Shown: piece by piece, positions 7,601-16,300 of the stretch
Numbering within the stretch: position 1 is the stretch's first letter
Layout: every line of letters begins with the position of its first letter
Assembly: GCA_964552565.1 (NCBI GenBank)
Contig: CAZKGL010000001.1
Coordinates: forward strand, 435,061-499,060
From: an uncultured Gammaproteobacteria bacterium
Lineage (GTDB): Bacteria; Patescibacteriota; Patescibacteriia; UBA9934
DNA: 64,000 nt
Direction of reading: 5' to 3'
Translations under genes and position numbers: made by a program
The notes under the pieces: generated by a model
Databases searched by the model: none
What the model saw: the letters and a program-made list of their open reading frames with translations, nothing else
Told to the model about the DNA's origin: nothing

Positions 7601-10006
7601 ATGACCATGCGACTCTCTCGCGGCATCGGCGTTGCAGCCGGATTCCTCGCCGCATTCCTCATGGCGGCAAGTGCCGCAACCGCCCAGGCCGCGGGCGGAT
7701 GGACCGATGTCGACCTCGACATTTCGCTCGCTGAGCTCAACGGCATCGATGCCTACGGCTCAAGCCTGGCGATGATCGTCGGCAGCGGCGGCCTTGTGCT
7801 CGCGTCAACAGACAACGGCCTCACGTGGTCCGATGCGTCGCTCAGTTCCGCGGACATGGAGGGCCAGTCGTTCGACCTCTACGACGTGGACGTGATGAGC
7901 GCAACGACTGCGGTCGTCGGCGGCGAAGGCGGTATCTGGCGCACGACGGACGGCGGAGACACGTGGACCTGGGAAGAGATCGAGATCCTGGACACCGTCC
8001 GCGGCATCGACATGGGAAGCAGCACGATTGGTATCGCCGCCACGACGAACGGGACGATTTTCCGCACGACGGACGGCGGAGACACGTGGAGCAGCGTCGT
8101 CACGGGCACGAACGACTACTACGCAGCCTACTGCTACAGCGGCGGAAACCCGTGCTGGGCGGCCGGGGCGAACTCGAGCGGCACCGGCATCGTCTCCAAA
8201 TACAGCGGCAGCTCCTGGACAACAACGACGGTAACGGGCAGCGGCGTCTTGTACGGCATCGACTTTGTCTCGACGTCGACCGGATGGGTCGTCGGTGACG
8301 GAAGCTTTTTCAAAACGACCAACGGCGGCTCCAGCTGGTCGTCGGTAACGAGCGAATCGCTCGACGGGACGGAGGCGCTCTACGGTATCGACATGGCGAG
8401 CGCGTCGACCGGCTACGTTGTCACCAACGACGCGAAGATCGTGCAGACGAGCGACGGCAGCAGCTGGACGAACGGCACCGAGGTCGACAGCGTCTTCAGC
8501 TGGATGTACGCCGTAAACGCAAACCTCAAGATCGCGGTCGGCGGTTTCTCGAGCGCCTCGCGCTACGACGTCGCGGCTCCGGACGCGCCGACGAACTTCT
8601 TTGCTGAAGACGACACCACCACGGACCGCACGCCGTCGTTCACCTGGACCGCGGCCGTCGACGATGAAACCCCGATCGACTCCTACGAAGTCAAGCGCAA
8701 CAGCGGAAGCTGGACGAACATCGGCAACGTGACCAGTTACACCTGGCCGGCAACCATCGCGCCCGGCGCGCATACGTTCCTGCTCCGCGCCTACGACAGC
8801 GCCGGCAACGTCAGCGCGGAAGCGACCGAGACACTCACGGTCGACCTCACCGCCCCGACGGTCCCTGCGCCGTCGATCAACGCCTCGGAAGTCGGCGAGG
8901 AAATCACCTACAGCGTCGTTGCGACGGACGCGGAGACCGATGTCGCGAGCTGCACGCTCTACGTCAACGCGGCTAGCGTCGCGACGATGGTCGATATGAC
9001 GTCGGACTTCTACTACAGCACCCTGGCGGCAAGCGCCGGGACGTTCACCGCGTACGCCGTCTGCGTCGACAGCGCGGGCAATAGCACGACCGGCGCGTCG
9101 ACCGCGTACACCGTGACGGAGAGCAGTTCGAGTTCGTCGAGCGGCGACACCACTGCGCCCGTCGTCAGCGCAGTCTCCCCGTCGAGCGGCACATACGGCG
9201 TCATGGCGACCTGGACCGCCACCTACGCCGACGCGGTCGGCGTGACGGGCTGCACCTTCTACTTCGACGGTCGCAGCCGCGGCGCGATGACCATTGAGTC
9301 CGCGACCGCGGGCACGGCGACGACGACGTTCGCGCCGGACGACAGCGGGACGTCGAGCGCGTATGTCGTGTGCGAAGACGCCGCCGGCAATGAAGGGACC
9401 GGCGCAACGACGACCGTCGCGGTCGCCGCAAGCAGCTCGTCGAGCAGCGACACGAGCTCCGACACGTCGGACACCACGGATACCACGGATACAACCGACA
9501 CGACGTCCGACGAGGAAGACGAGGCGGTGAGCGAAGCGGAGCCGGGCAACCTCATTAAGCTCGCGTGTGCGGACGGGGCGGACATCAATGACCCGTGCAA
9601 GGCGGTCTACTACTACGACACGATCGACGAGAAACGCCACGCGTTCCCGAACGAAAAGGTCTACTTCACGTGGTACGACAGCTTCGACGATGTCATCATC
9701 GTCACCGACGAGTTCATGGCGTCCCTCACGCTCGGCGCCAACGTCACCTACCACCCGGGTACGCGGATGGTGAAGTTCATCACCGTCAACACCGTGTACG
9801 CGGTCGGTGAGGAGGGCGAGCTGCGTCCCATCGACAGCGAAGACACCGCCATCAGCATTTACGGCAGCACGTGGAACCAGCAGATCGACGACATCTCGGA
9901 CGCGTTCTACGGCAACTACGAGTTCGGCGAGGAGATCGATTCGACGAGCGACTTCGACCCGGACGCGGTCGAAGCGAGCGTCGACTCCATCGATGACATC
10001 CTCTAG
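7601..10006 (+). CDS. Large secreted/surface protein with BNR (Asp-box) beta-propeller repeats, Ig-like repeats, an acidic Ser/Thr/Asp linker and a conserved C-terminal domain
   Basis: Signal peptide (MTMRLSRGIGVAAGFLAAFLMAASAATAQA); repeated SxDxGxTW-type motifs (TDNGLTWSD, TTDGGDTWTWEE, TTDGGDTWSSV, TTNGGSSWSSV, TSDGSSWTNG); linker SSSSSDTSSDTSDTTDTTDTTDTTSDEEDE; C-terminal ~150 aa nearly identical to the paralog at 10110-12521. Confidence 0.75.
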   Translation: MTMRLSRGIGVAAGFLAAFLMAASAATAQAAGGWTDVDLDISLAELNGIDAYGSSLAMIVGSGGLVLASTDNGLTWSDASLSSADMEGQSFDLYDVDVMSATTAVVGGEGGIWRTTDGGDTWTWEEIEILDTVRGIDMGSSTIGIAATTNGTIFRTTDGGDTWSSVVTGTNDYYAAYCYSGGNPCWAAGANSSGTGIVSKYSGSSWTTTTVTGSGVLYGIDFVSTSTGWVVGDGSFFKTTNGGSSWSSVTSESLDGTEALYGIDMASASTGYVVTNDAKIVQTSDGSSWTNGTEVDSVFSWMYAVNANLKIAVGGFSSASRYDVAAPDAPTNFFAEDDTTTDRTPSFTWTAAVDDETPIDSYEVKRNSGSWTNIGNVTSYTWPATIAPGAHTFLLRAYDSAGNVSAEATETLTVDLTAPTVPAPSINASEVGEEITYSVVATDAETDVASCTLYVNAASVATMVDMTSDFYYSTLAASAGTFTAYAVCVDSAGNSTTGASTAYTVTESSSSSSSGDTTAPVVSAVSPSSGTYGVMATWTATYADAVGVTGCTFYFDGRSRGAMTIESATAGTATTTFAPDDSGTSSAYVVCEDAAGNEGTGATTTVAVAASSSSSSDTSSDTSDTTDTTDTTDTTSDEEDEAVSEAEPGNLIKLACADGADINDPCKAVYYYDTIDEKRHAFPNEKVYFTWYDSFDDVIIVTDEFMASLTLGANVTYHPGTRMVKFITVNTVYAVGEEGELRPIDSEDTAISIYGSTWNQQIDDISDAFYGNYEFGEEIDSTSDFDPDAVEASVDSIDDIL

Positions 10007-10011
10007 ACCGC

Positions 10012-10040
10012 AAAAACAGGCCTTCGGGCCTGTTTTTGCT
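10012..10040 (+). terminator. Intrinsic terminator after the first BNR surface protein gene
   Basis: CAAAAACAGGCC-TTCG-GGCCTGTTTTTG hairpin with T-run. Confidence 0.6.
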
Positions 10041-10072
10041 TGTGGATAGCGTATTTCTCATCCCGCCCCGCT

Positions 10073-10081
10073 TGTTATACT
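10073..10081 (+). promoter_or_regulatory. Extended -10 promoter element TGTTATACT upstream of the second BNR surface protein gene
   Basis: Motif lies 29 nt upstream of the ATG at 10110; context GCTTGTTATACTGG resembles GCTTGCTATACTTT upstream of the first paralog. Confidence 0.45.
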
Positions 10082-10109
10082 GGTGTCAGCTAATTTTCTG
10101 ACTTGCGCT

Positions 10110-12521
10110 ATGCGCCATTTGCTTCCCTTCCGCATCGCTTCGATAGGAGCGCTGCTTGTTGCGTCATGGTTCTTCAGTCACTCGGCCCTTGCGGGCTGGT
10201 ACACGCCCACGTCGGGCACGACCGCATCCCTCTACGACATCGACTACTACAGCGGCTACGTCGTTGCGGTGGGCTCGGGCGGGACAATCCGCTTTTCCGT
10301 CGATGCCGGACATTCGTGGTCAACGAGCACGAGCGGCACCACGTCGGCGCTGTACGCAGTCGATTCGGATAGCGGCTATGTCCTCGCCGTCGGCTATGGC
10401 GGCGTCATTCTGCGATCGACCAACTACGGCGCGACATGGACTGCCGTCACGAGCGGCACCACCGCGTCGTTGTACGACGTCATGATGAATCCCTACGGCC
10501 GGGCGTTCGCCGTCGGCTATGGCGGCGTACTCCTCACCTCAACGGACTACGGCGCGACATGGAGCGCACAGACTTCTGGTACGACGAACACGCTCCAGGC
10601 GGTTGACATTTGGGGCACCACCCGCGCCTACGCCGTCGGTTCGAGCGGCACCATCTTGTACTGGAACGGGACGACATGGAGCGCACAAACGTCCGGGACA
10701 ACGGAGACGCTGTACGGTGTCGCGATGTCCGGGACAACGGAAGCCTGGGTGGTGGGCTCCGGCGGCGTGGTACGGAAAACGACCGATGGCACGACGTGGA
10801 GCAGCGTCACGACGATTACCGGCCAAACGCTCTACAGTATCGAGATGTCGTCGAGCACGGCGGGCGGCATCATGGCAAAGACCGGCTTGTACGAAACCAC
10901 GAACGGAACGACATGGGCGGCAGCGTCGACCGGCAGCTGGTCGAGCGTATCCTGGGTGCTGAACGTCGATTACGGCACGATCCGTTTTGCCGTGGGCGCG
11001 AGCGGGAATATCCGTCGCTATGACCACTACGGCCCGGCTGTGGGTGCAGTAACACCGACGACTGCGCTCGAGGGCGTCCCGGTCACCTTCAGCGTTGACG
11101 CGACGGATGAAGCGGTCGTGACCCGATGCGATATCGAAATCCTTTCGGGTGACGGCAGCGGCGTCGTCCTGGACGGCGTGGACAGCGAAGATGACAGCTG
11201 GACGGCAAGCTATACGCTGAGTGCCGGCACCTACACGACCCAAGCGACGTGTTACGATCCGGCCTATAACTTTACGATGGGCGCAAGCAGCACCCTGACC
11301 GTCTCTGCGCCGGCGGACACGACCGAGCCCACTGTCGGGTCGCTCATCGTCGTCGAGGACGCCGTCGGGTCGCCGAGCGTATTCACGGTTTCGGCGTCGG
11401 ACGACGTCGGCATCGACTTCTGCACGCTCGTCATCTTGGAGGGCGACCTCGGCAGTGCGGGATTCCGCATGGCCATCCCGGCGTACGCCACCGCGGACAT
11501 GACCGGATCGGATGGTGCGTACACGGCAACATACACCTTTACTGCGGCAGGCGATTACACGGCATACGCGTACTGCCGCGATGCGGCGGGAAACCAGGCG
11601 AACACCGCGGATGCCATCTTTACGATTGACGCCGCGGCTGCGGCATCGGATACCGACGACACCGCGCCGACCATCGGGACGCCTTCCCCGACGAGCTTCA
11701 CGCTCGGCACCTCGCGCACGGTCACGGCGACTGTCAGCGACGACGTCGGCATCGAGAGCTGCGACCTCTTCATTGACGCTGAGAACGCCGGACTCATGAC
11801 GGTGAGCGGCGGGACAGCGAGCAAGTCCTACACCTTCTCGACAAACGACTGGGCCGACGGCGATACGGCGACGGTGACGGTGGAATGCGCAGACGAGGCC
11901 GGCAACTTCGACAGTACGTCGGTCGTCGTCACGCTCAGCGAGGCGGCGGTCGCGGATGAAGAAACGACAACGGAAGAAGAAACCGCGACGGATGAAGAAA
12001 CGGTAACCGTCGAAGAAGACCTGACAAACGAGGACGGCGACGCAGAGGCAGGCATGCTCATCAAACTCGCCTGCAGCGAAGGCGCGGACGTCAATGACCC
12101 GTGCAAAGCGGTCTACTTCTACAGCGAGTACGACGGCAAGCGCCACGCGTTCCCGAATGAGAAGGTCTACTTTACCTGGTACGCGAACTTCGACGAGGTC
12201 GCGGTCGTGAGCGACGAGTTCATGGCATCCCTCACCTTGGGACGCAACATCACGTACCGCCCCGGCACCCGCATGGTGAAGTTCATTACCGTCAACACGG
12301 TCTACGCGGTGACCCGAGGCGGCGTGCTGCGTCCCATCGACAGCGAGGAAACGGCCATCGCCCTCTACGGCGCGACGTGGAACCAGCAGATCGACGACAT
12401 CTCCGACGCGTTCTACGGCAACTATAGCTTCGGTGACGAAGTGACGAGCGGCGATGACTACGACGCGGAGACTGAGGAAGACGCCATCACCACGATCGAC
12501 GCCAACCTCCAGTGGCAGTAA
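10110..12521 (+). CDS. Paralogous large secreted/surface protein with BNR-like repeats, Ig-like repeats, an acidic linker and the same conserved C-terminal domain
   Basis: Signal peptide (MRHLLPFRIASIGALLVASWFFSHSALA); repeated TW-containing propeller-like motifs (SVDAGHSWSTSTSGTT, TNYGATWTAVTSGTT, TDYGATWSAQTSGTT, TDGTTWSSV); C-terminal domain GMLIKLACSEGADVNDPCKAVYFY...GTRMVKFITVNTVYAV...WNQQIDDISDAFYGNY shared with the first paralog. ATG at 10110; the listed ORF begins at an upstream GTG. Confidence 0.75.
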   Translation: MRHLLPFRIASIGALLVASWFFSHSALAGWYTPTSGTTASLYDIDYYSGYVVAVGSGGTIRFSVDAGHSWSTSTSGTTSALYAVDSDSGYVLAVGYGGVILRSTNYGATWTAVTSGTTASLYDVMMNPYGRAFAVGYGGVLLTSTDYGATWSAQTSGTTNTLQAVDIWGTTRAYAVGSSGTILYWNGTTWSAQTSGTTETLYGVAMSGTTEAWVVGSGGVVRKTTDGTTWSSVTTITGQTLYSIEMSSSTAGGIMAKTGLYETTNGTTWAAASTGSWSSVSWVLNVDYGTIRFAVGASGNIRRYDHYGPAVGAVTPTTALEGVPVTFSVDATDEAVVTRCDIEILSGDGSGVVLDGVDSEDDSWTASYTLSAGTYTTQATCYDPAYNFTMGASSTLTVSAPADTTEPTVGSLIVVEDAVGSPSVFTVSASDDVGIDFCTLVILEGDLGSAGFRMAIPAYATADMTGSDGAYTATYTFTAAGDYTAYAYCRDAAGNQANTADAIFTIDAAAAASDTDDTAPTIGTPSPTSFTLGTSRTVTATVSDDVGIESCDLFIDAENAGLMTVSGGTASKSYTFSTNDWADGDTATVTVECADEAGNFDSTSVVVTLSEAAVADEETTTEEETATDEETVTVEEDLTNEDGDAEAGMLIKLACSEGADVNDPCKAVYFYSEYDGKRHAFPNEKVYFTWYANFDEVAVVSDEFMASLTLGRNITYRPGTRMVKFITVNTVYAVTRGGVLRPIDSEETAIALYGATWNQQIDDISDAFYGNYSFGDEVTSGDDYDAETEEDAITTIDANLQWQ

Positions 12522-12524
12522 CGC

Positions 12525-12550
12525 AAAGACGGGCTCCGGCCCGTCTTTGT
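12525..12550. terminator. Bidirectional terminator hairpin between the second surface protein gene (+) and the EVE-domain gene (-)
   Basis: AAAGACGGGC-TCCG-GCCCGTCTTT, a perfect stem with T/A runs on both sides. Confidence 0.6.
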
Positions 12551-12963
12551 TATTTCTCGAGTTCCGTCTTCCCCATCGTCAGGAGCGCCTTTGCCTGGCC
12601 GAGCGTGATCGGCACCACGGAGAGCCGCGCCTGTTTGAGGAGCGGGATCTGCGCAAGCGTCTTGCGCATCTTGATCGCGAGCAGCGTCACCGGCTTCGCC
12701 ATCGCCTTCCATGGCACGAGGTCGACGGCGGTCCAGTCATCCGCCTTCGGCTCCGGGTACGGGCCGCTCACCACGCGCGCGATGCCGACGATCTGCCGCT
12801 CCGCACCGCTGTGGTAGATGAACGCGACGTCGTTTGCCTTCATCGCCTTGAGGTGGTTGCGCGCCTGGAAATTGCGCACCCCATCCCATGTCGTTTTCTT
12901 GTCCGCAACGAGGTCGCCCCAGCTGTAGGTGCCCGGCTCGGTTTTGAGCAGCCAGTAGGCCAT
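12550..12963 (-). CDS. EVE (PUA-like) domain protein
   Basis: MAYWLLKTEPGTYSWGDL... is a typical EVE-domain N-terminus; ATG at 12961-12963. The listed ORF extends further 5'. Confidence 0.7.
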   Translation of the reverse strand: MAYWLLKTEPGTYSWGDLVADKKTTWDGVRNFQARNHLKAMKANDVAFIYHSGAERQIVGIARVVSGPYPEPKADDWTAVDLVPWKAMAKPVTLLAIKMRKTLAQIPLLKQARLSVVPITLGQAKALLTMGKTELEK

Positions 12964-13071
12964 AATGGGAAAATGATAGCAGGATTCCGTCGTGCCGCCA
13001 AACAGAATCACCCGGCGCAGCGAGAGCCACCACGTCGGGTGATTCTGCCGCGCCGGGTGGCGGGTACCGTC

Positions 13072-14601
13072 CTAGCGGACGGGTTCTTCGTAGTCGCTCA
13101 GGGCGCTCGACTTCTTGAGGTAGGCGATGCCGAGGCCCATGCCGCCGTTGGACGGCAGGCCCTTGGCACGGCCGACGTCCGGGTTGCCGGTATCGCCGCC
13201 GGCGGTCGCCAGGTCGTGGTGCACGTAGCGGACGCCCTTCGGAACGAAGAAGCTGCAGAAGGCCGCGCCCGTCTGCGTGCCGCAGGCCTTGTCCGGCAGC
13301 TCGCTCAGGTTCTTGTAATCGGCGACCGTGTCCTTCATCGCGTTGTAGTGCTGGTCGGTGAGGCGCAGCGGCTGCACCGGGTCACCGACCTCGTCGCCGA
13401 GCTGCTCGAGCGTGGCCACGACGTCCTTGAGGTTGTCGCGCACCATGAGCGTGCTCATCTCGTCGCCGACGACCACCACGGCGTGCCCGGTGAGCGTCGC
13501 GTTGACGAGGACCTCGTCGCCGTCCTTGAGGCCAAAGCGCTCGCACGTCCAGGAGAGCACGTCGGCGAGGACCAGCCGGCCCTCGGCGTCCGTGTTGAGG
13601 ACACGCACCGTCGCGCCGCTGTAGGACGTGATGATCTCCTCGACGAGGTAGGCGTCCTGGGCGATGACGTTCTCGACGAGCCCGACGGCGAACACGGTGG
13701 TGCAGGCGAGCTCCTCGGGGTGCGCCATGAAGTACAGCGCCGCCGCGAGCACGGCCGCCGAGCCCATCATGTCGCAGTGCATGGTGCGCATGTGGTTCTC
13801 GGTCTTCACGCTGATGCCGCCGGTGTCCATGGTGACGCCCTTGCCGACGTACGCCCGCTTGCGCTCCGTCGGCCCGCCGGGCGGGTGGATGACGATGGCG
13901 CGGACCTCGCCGGGGTAGTTGCTCGCGCGGGCGACGGCGTTGAGGAGCTGCATGCGCTGGTACCCCTCCATCTCGGGCTCGATCATCTCGTAGCTCGTCT
14001 CCGGGTAGCGGTCGCAGGCCTCCGCGATCAGCTTCTCGATGAGCACGGCGTAGCTCTCCGGGTTGAGGATGTTCGGCGGGAGCTGGCCGAGCCAGCACTG
14101 GAAGTTCTCGTAGCAGCCCATCTCCCAGCCGCGCTCGAAGGCGACGTGGCTGCGCTCCGCCGTCTCGGTGGGGACGTTGATGTTGACGATGACCCCCGTG
14201 GGCCCGGCGTAGTACTTGGCGCTCGCCGCGGTCTTGCCCAGGCCCGGGCGCAGGAGGGCTCGCGCGATCCCGCGTCCGGCGCCCTCCAGATTCATGCCCT
14301 GCTGGATCTCCACGCAGAGCGTGGCGGGGGCGTTCGCCTCCATGAGGTTGAGCACGGTCTTGCCGTAGATGTCGGCCGTCCCGTTCGGGCTGAGCTGCGA
14401 CGGGGTCTCCTTGCCGGAGTTGACGTAGATCGCCGCGGCGTTGTTCATGACGAGGTACGCACCGGCCTTCTTCTCCGGGTCCGTGCCGACACCGACCACG
14501 AGGTCGGCATCGTGCATGCCGCCGAAGACCACCTTGCGGCTGGCCTTCGGGACGCTCCAGCCGAGGACGCGTTGGGCGGCTTCCAAGAGGTCCAGGTTCA
14601 T
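13072..14601 (-). CDS. pepA: Leucyl aminopeptidase, M17 family
   Basis: M17 signature NTDAEGRLVLAD and surrounding metal-ligand region; probable start MNLDLLEAAQRV at 14599-14601. The 725-aa + strand ORF across this region is antisense to it. Confidence 0.85.
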   Translation of the reverse strand: MNLDLLEAAQRVLGWSVPKASRKVVFGGMHDADLVVGVGTDPEKKAGAYLVMNNAAAIYVNSGKETPSQLSPNGTADIYGKTVLNLMEANAPATLCVEIQQGMNLEGAGRGIARALLRPGLGKTAASAKYYAGPTGVIVNINVPTETAERSHVAFERGWEMGCYENFQCWLGQLPPNILNPESYAVLIEKLIAEACDRYPETSYEMIEPEMEGYQRMQLLNAVARASNYPGEVRAIVIHPPGGPTERKRAYVGKGVTMDTGGISVKTENHMRTMHCDMMGSAAVLAAALYFMAHPEELACTTVFAVGLVENVIAQDAYLVEEIITSYSGATVRVLNTDAEGRLVLADVLSWTCERFGLKDGDEVLVNATLTGHAVVVVGDEMSTLMVRDNLKDVVATLEQLGDEVGDPVQPLRLTDQHYNAMKDTVADYKNLSELPDKACGTQTGAAFCSFFVPKGVRYVHHDLATAGGDTGNPDVGRAKGLPSNGGMGLGIAYLKKSSALSDYEEPVR

Positions 14602-14689
14602 CTTCAGTTCCTGGCGCGTAGCGTTGGGTGAAGAAACGCGAAACGAGCCGAGCAGTAAGGTAAGGAAATTTGGCTGAACTGTCAATAAA

Positions 14690-14722
14690 AAACAAAGACG
14701 CCGCCGTAAAAGGCGGTGTCCT
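14690..14722 (-). terminator. Intrinsic terminator downstream of the minus-strand tRNA pair
   Basis: On the minus strand: CACCGCC-TTTTAC-GGCGGCG followed by TCTTTGTTTTTT. Confidence 0.5.
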
Positions 14723-14724
14723 TG

Positions 14725-14801
14725 TGGTCGGGCTGAACGGACTTGAACCGTCGACCTCTTGCACCCCATGCAAGCGCGCTAGCCAACTGCGCCACAGCCC
14801 G
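14725..14801 (-). tRNA. tRNA-Pro, anticodon GGG
   Basis: Manual fold: acceptor CGGGCTG/CAGCCCG, D-stem GCGC, anticodon stem CTTGC/GCAAG with loop AUGGGGU (GGG, G37), T-arm GACGG-TTCAAGT-CCGTC, encoded CCA. Confidence 0.8.
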
Positions 14802-14802
14802 C

Positions 14803-14890
14803 TGGCGGAAGGAGAGGGATTCGAACCCTCGATACCTTGCGGTATACACGCTTTCCAAGCGTGCGCACTAGGCCACTATGCGATCCTTCC
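14803..14890 (-). tRNA. tRNA-Ser, anticodon GGA (class II, long variable arm)
   Basis: Manual fold: acceptor GGAAGGA/TCCTTCC, anticodon stem CACGC/GCGTG with loop UUGGAAA, variable arm ATACC-GCAA-GGTAT, T-arm GAGGG-TTCGAAT-CCCTC, encoded CCA; ends 1 nt before tRNA-Pro(GGG). Confidence 0.8.
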
Positions 14891-14918
14891 AAGCGGCGAA
14901 AGAGTACCCCATTTCCGA

Positions 14919-14952
14919 TCCTTGATCAATTGGGCAATATAGAGTAGTATTT
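14919..14952. promoter_or_regulatory. Putative promoter region in the divergent spacer between the minus-strand tRNAs and plus-strand tRNA-Pro(CGG)
   Basis: TTGATC-17 nt-TAGTAT on the + strand about 40 nt upstream of tRNA-Pro(CGG); weak consensus match, unverified. Confidence 0.3.
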
Positions 14953-14994
14953 TCGCACCCGAGAACAGCACCTCAGTCGGTATCCGGCACATGC

Positions 14995-15070
14995 CGGGTC
15001 GTAGCTCAGTAGGTAGAGCGCTACGTTCGGGTCGTAGAGGCCGTGGGTTCGAGTCCCGCCGGCCCGACCA
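14995..15070 (+). tRNA. tRNA-Pro, anticodon CGG
   Basis: Manual fold: acceptor CGGGTCG/CGGCCCG (one G-U pair), D-arm GCTC-AGTAGGTA-GAGC, anticodon stem CTACG/CGTAG with loop UUCGGGU (CGG, G37), T-arm GTGGG-TTCGAGT-CCCGC, encoded CCA. Confidence 0.8.
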
Positions 15071-15071
15071 A

Positions 15072-15100
15072 AAGAACCGCCGCAAGGCGGTTCTTTTGTT
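15072..15100 (+). terminator. Intrinsic terminator after tRNA-Pro(CGG)
   Basis: GAACCGCC-GCAA-GGCGGTTC followed by TTTTGTTTGGG. Confidence 0.65.
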
Positions 15101-15186
15101 TGGGTTACGGCTGGACAAAAGACGAAAACTCTGCTAATAATAGTGGTCCTCGAGACACCGTCCATCCCGGACGGAAAGGAGACACG

Positions 15187-15705
15187 ATGCCCGACACCGC
15201 CACGCCCACGACCCGCCAGCGCCTCCTCGCCATGTTCCGCCACCTCAAGAAGATGATCACGCTCACCGACAGCTTCTTCGATGGCCTCTACTGCGATCCG
15301 GCCTGGGAAGGCTTCGGCCTGTACGGCGTCGCCGACAAGGGCGAGTTCAAGGCCATCCTCCGCCTCGCGATCGGCACAACGTGCCCGGACGACCTCTGCA
15401 AGGACTGGCCCGAGGACAAGCCGTGGGTCGAGCTGTGGCTCTACTGCCACGAGGACGGTCGGCTCACCATCTTCCGGAGCGAGGACGGCGATCTGTTCAA
15501 GATCCTCTGGACCGAGAAGGGCGATCGCGAGGGCTTCACGACGGGCCTCGATCCGTGGATGGATCAGGTCCGCGCGGATTCCACGGCCTGGCAGCGGGTC
15601 CTCGAGAAGCCCGACAGCCCGATCACCATGGCCCAGCTCGCGGAGATGACGATCGCCTACCTGCGCCACTACGACGAGTCCGCGGAATCCGAAGACGAAG
15701 ACTAG
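15187..15705 (+). CDS. Hypothetical protein (172 aa)
   Basis: ATG at 15187 preceded by AAGGAG; the upstream part of the listed ORF overlaps the tRNA and terminator; no recognisable family. Confidence 0.5.
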   Translation: MPDTATPTTRQRLLAMFRHLKKMITLTDSFFDGLYCDPAWEGFGLYGVADKGEFKAILRLAIGTTCPDDLCKDWPEDKPWVELWLYCHEDGRLTIFRSEDGDLFKILWTEKGDREGFTTGLDPWMDQVRADSTAWQRVLEKPDSPITMAQLAEMTIAYLRHYDESAESEDED

Positions 15706-15767
15706 CGCACCCACTGCGCGGAAGATGCCCCATGGGCTCCCGCGGCTCGTGGGTGCGTCTTCTGTTC

Positions 15768-15818
15768 TGGTATACTTGGACTCCGAAGCTGAGCTTCGAA
15801 GCTCAGCTTCGGAGTCCA
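15768..15818 (+). promoter_or_regulatory. Extended -10 element TGGTATACT followed immediately by a 42-bp perfect palindrome in the leader of the 15874 gene
   Basis: TGGTATACT at 15768-15776; TGGACTCCGAAGCTGAGCTTCGAAGCTCAGCTTCGGAGTCCA at 15777-15818 is a perfect inverted repeat centred on TTCGAA. Confidence 0.5.
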
Positions 15819-15873
15819 GTCGTCGAGTCGCTGTGATTGCTCAATTGTTGGTATTGCGCCACACTGCAACTAT

Positions 15874-16254
15874 ATGAAACTTACCTTCCCCCGCGATGCG
15901 GTCATGAATGCGGTGTCGGTCCTGCGAAAGGCCGGGTACTCGTATCTTGTTGACCCCGTCACGAAGGAAGGGAGCTACATCATCCGGCTCACTGGCGACC
16001 ACTACCCGCGCTTCCACGTCTACCTGGAAGAACACCAGGACGCGGTCGTGTTCAACCTCCACCTCGACCAAAAAAAGCCCAGCTACGGCACAGGCCCGGC
16101 ACACAACGGCGAATACGATGGTCCCGTGGTCGAGCGGGAGGCAAAACGCATCGAATCGTGGGTCAGCGCCGCGCTGCGCGAGGCCCGCGGCAAGGAGCCC
16201 GGCCATGGCAAGCAACCGGTCCGCAAATGGTCGGATTGGTTTTTTGGCAGATAG
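15874..16254 (+). CDS. Hypothetical protein (126 aa)
   Basis: ATG at 15874; coding-like composition; no recognisable family. Confidence 0.45.
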   Translation: MKLTFPRDAVMNAVSVLRKAGYSYLVDPVTKEGSYIIRLTGDHYPRFHVYLEEHQDAVVFNLHLDQKKPSYGTGPAHNGEYDGPVVEREAKRIESWVSAALREARGKEPGHGKQPVRKWSDWFFGR

Positions 16255-16271
16255 GCGTCCGTTCGCCATTT

Positions 16272-16300
16272 TTTGACATTTTGCGAGAATTCCGCTACTG
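16272..16300 (+). promoter_or_regulatory. Sigma-70-type promoter of the DEAD-box helicase gene
   Basis: TTGACA-17 nt-TACTGT; this predicts a ~95-nt leader containing the hairpin CTTGATCC-CATCGGTTC-GGATCAAG (16366-16392). Confidence 0.55.

Noticed and set aside
7805-12146. Minus-strand ORFs 7805-9754 (649 aa) and 10539-12146 (535 aa)
   Set aside because: Antisense to the two BNR surface protein genes; Arg/Gly/Ala-rich with no recognisable domains.
12454-14631. 725-aa + strand ORF
   Set aside because: Fully antisense to the M17 leucyl aminopeptidase (13072-14601 -), which has unambiguous family motifs. The composition is an Arg/Ala/Gly-rich high-GC mirror-strand artefact.
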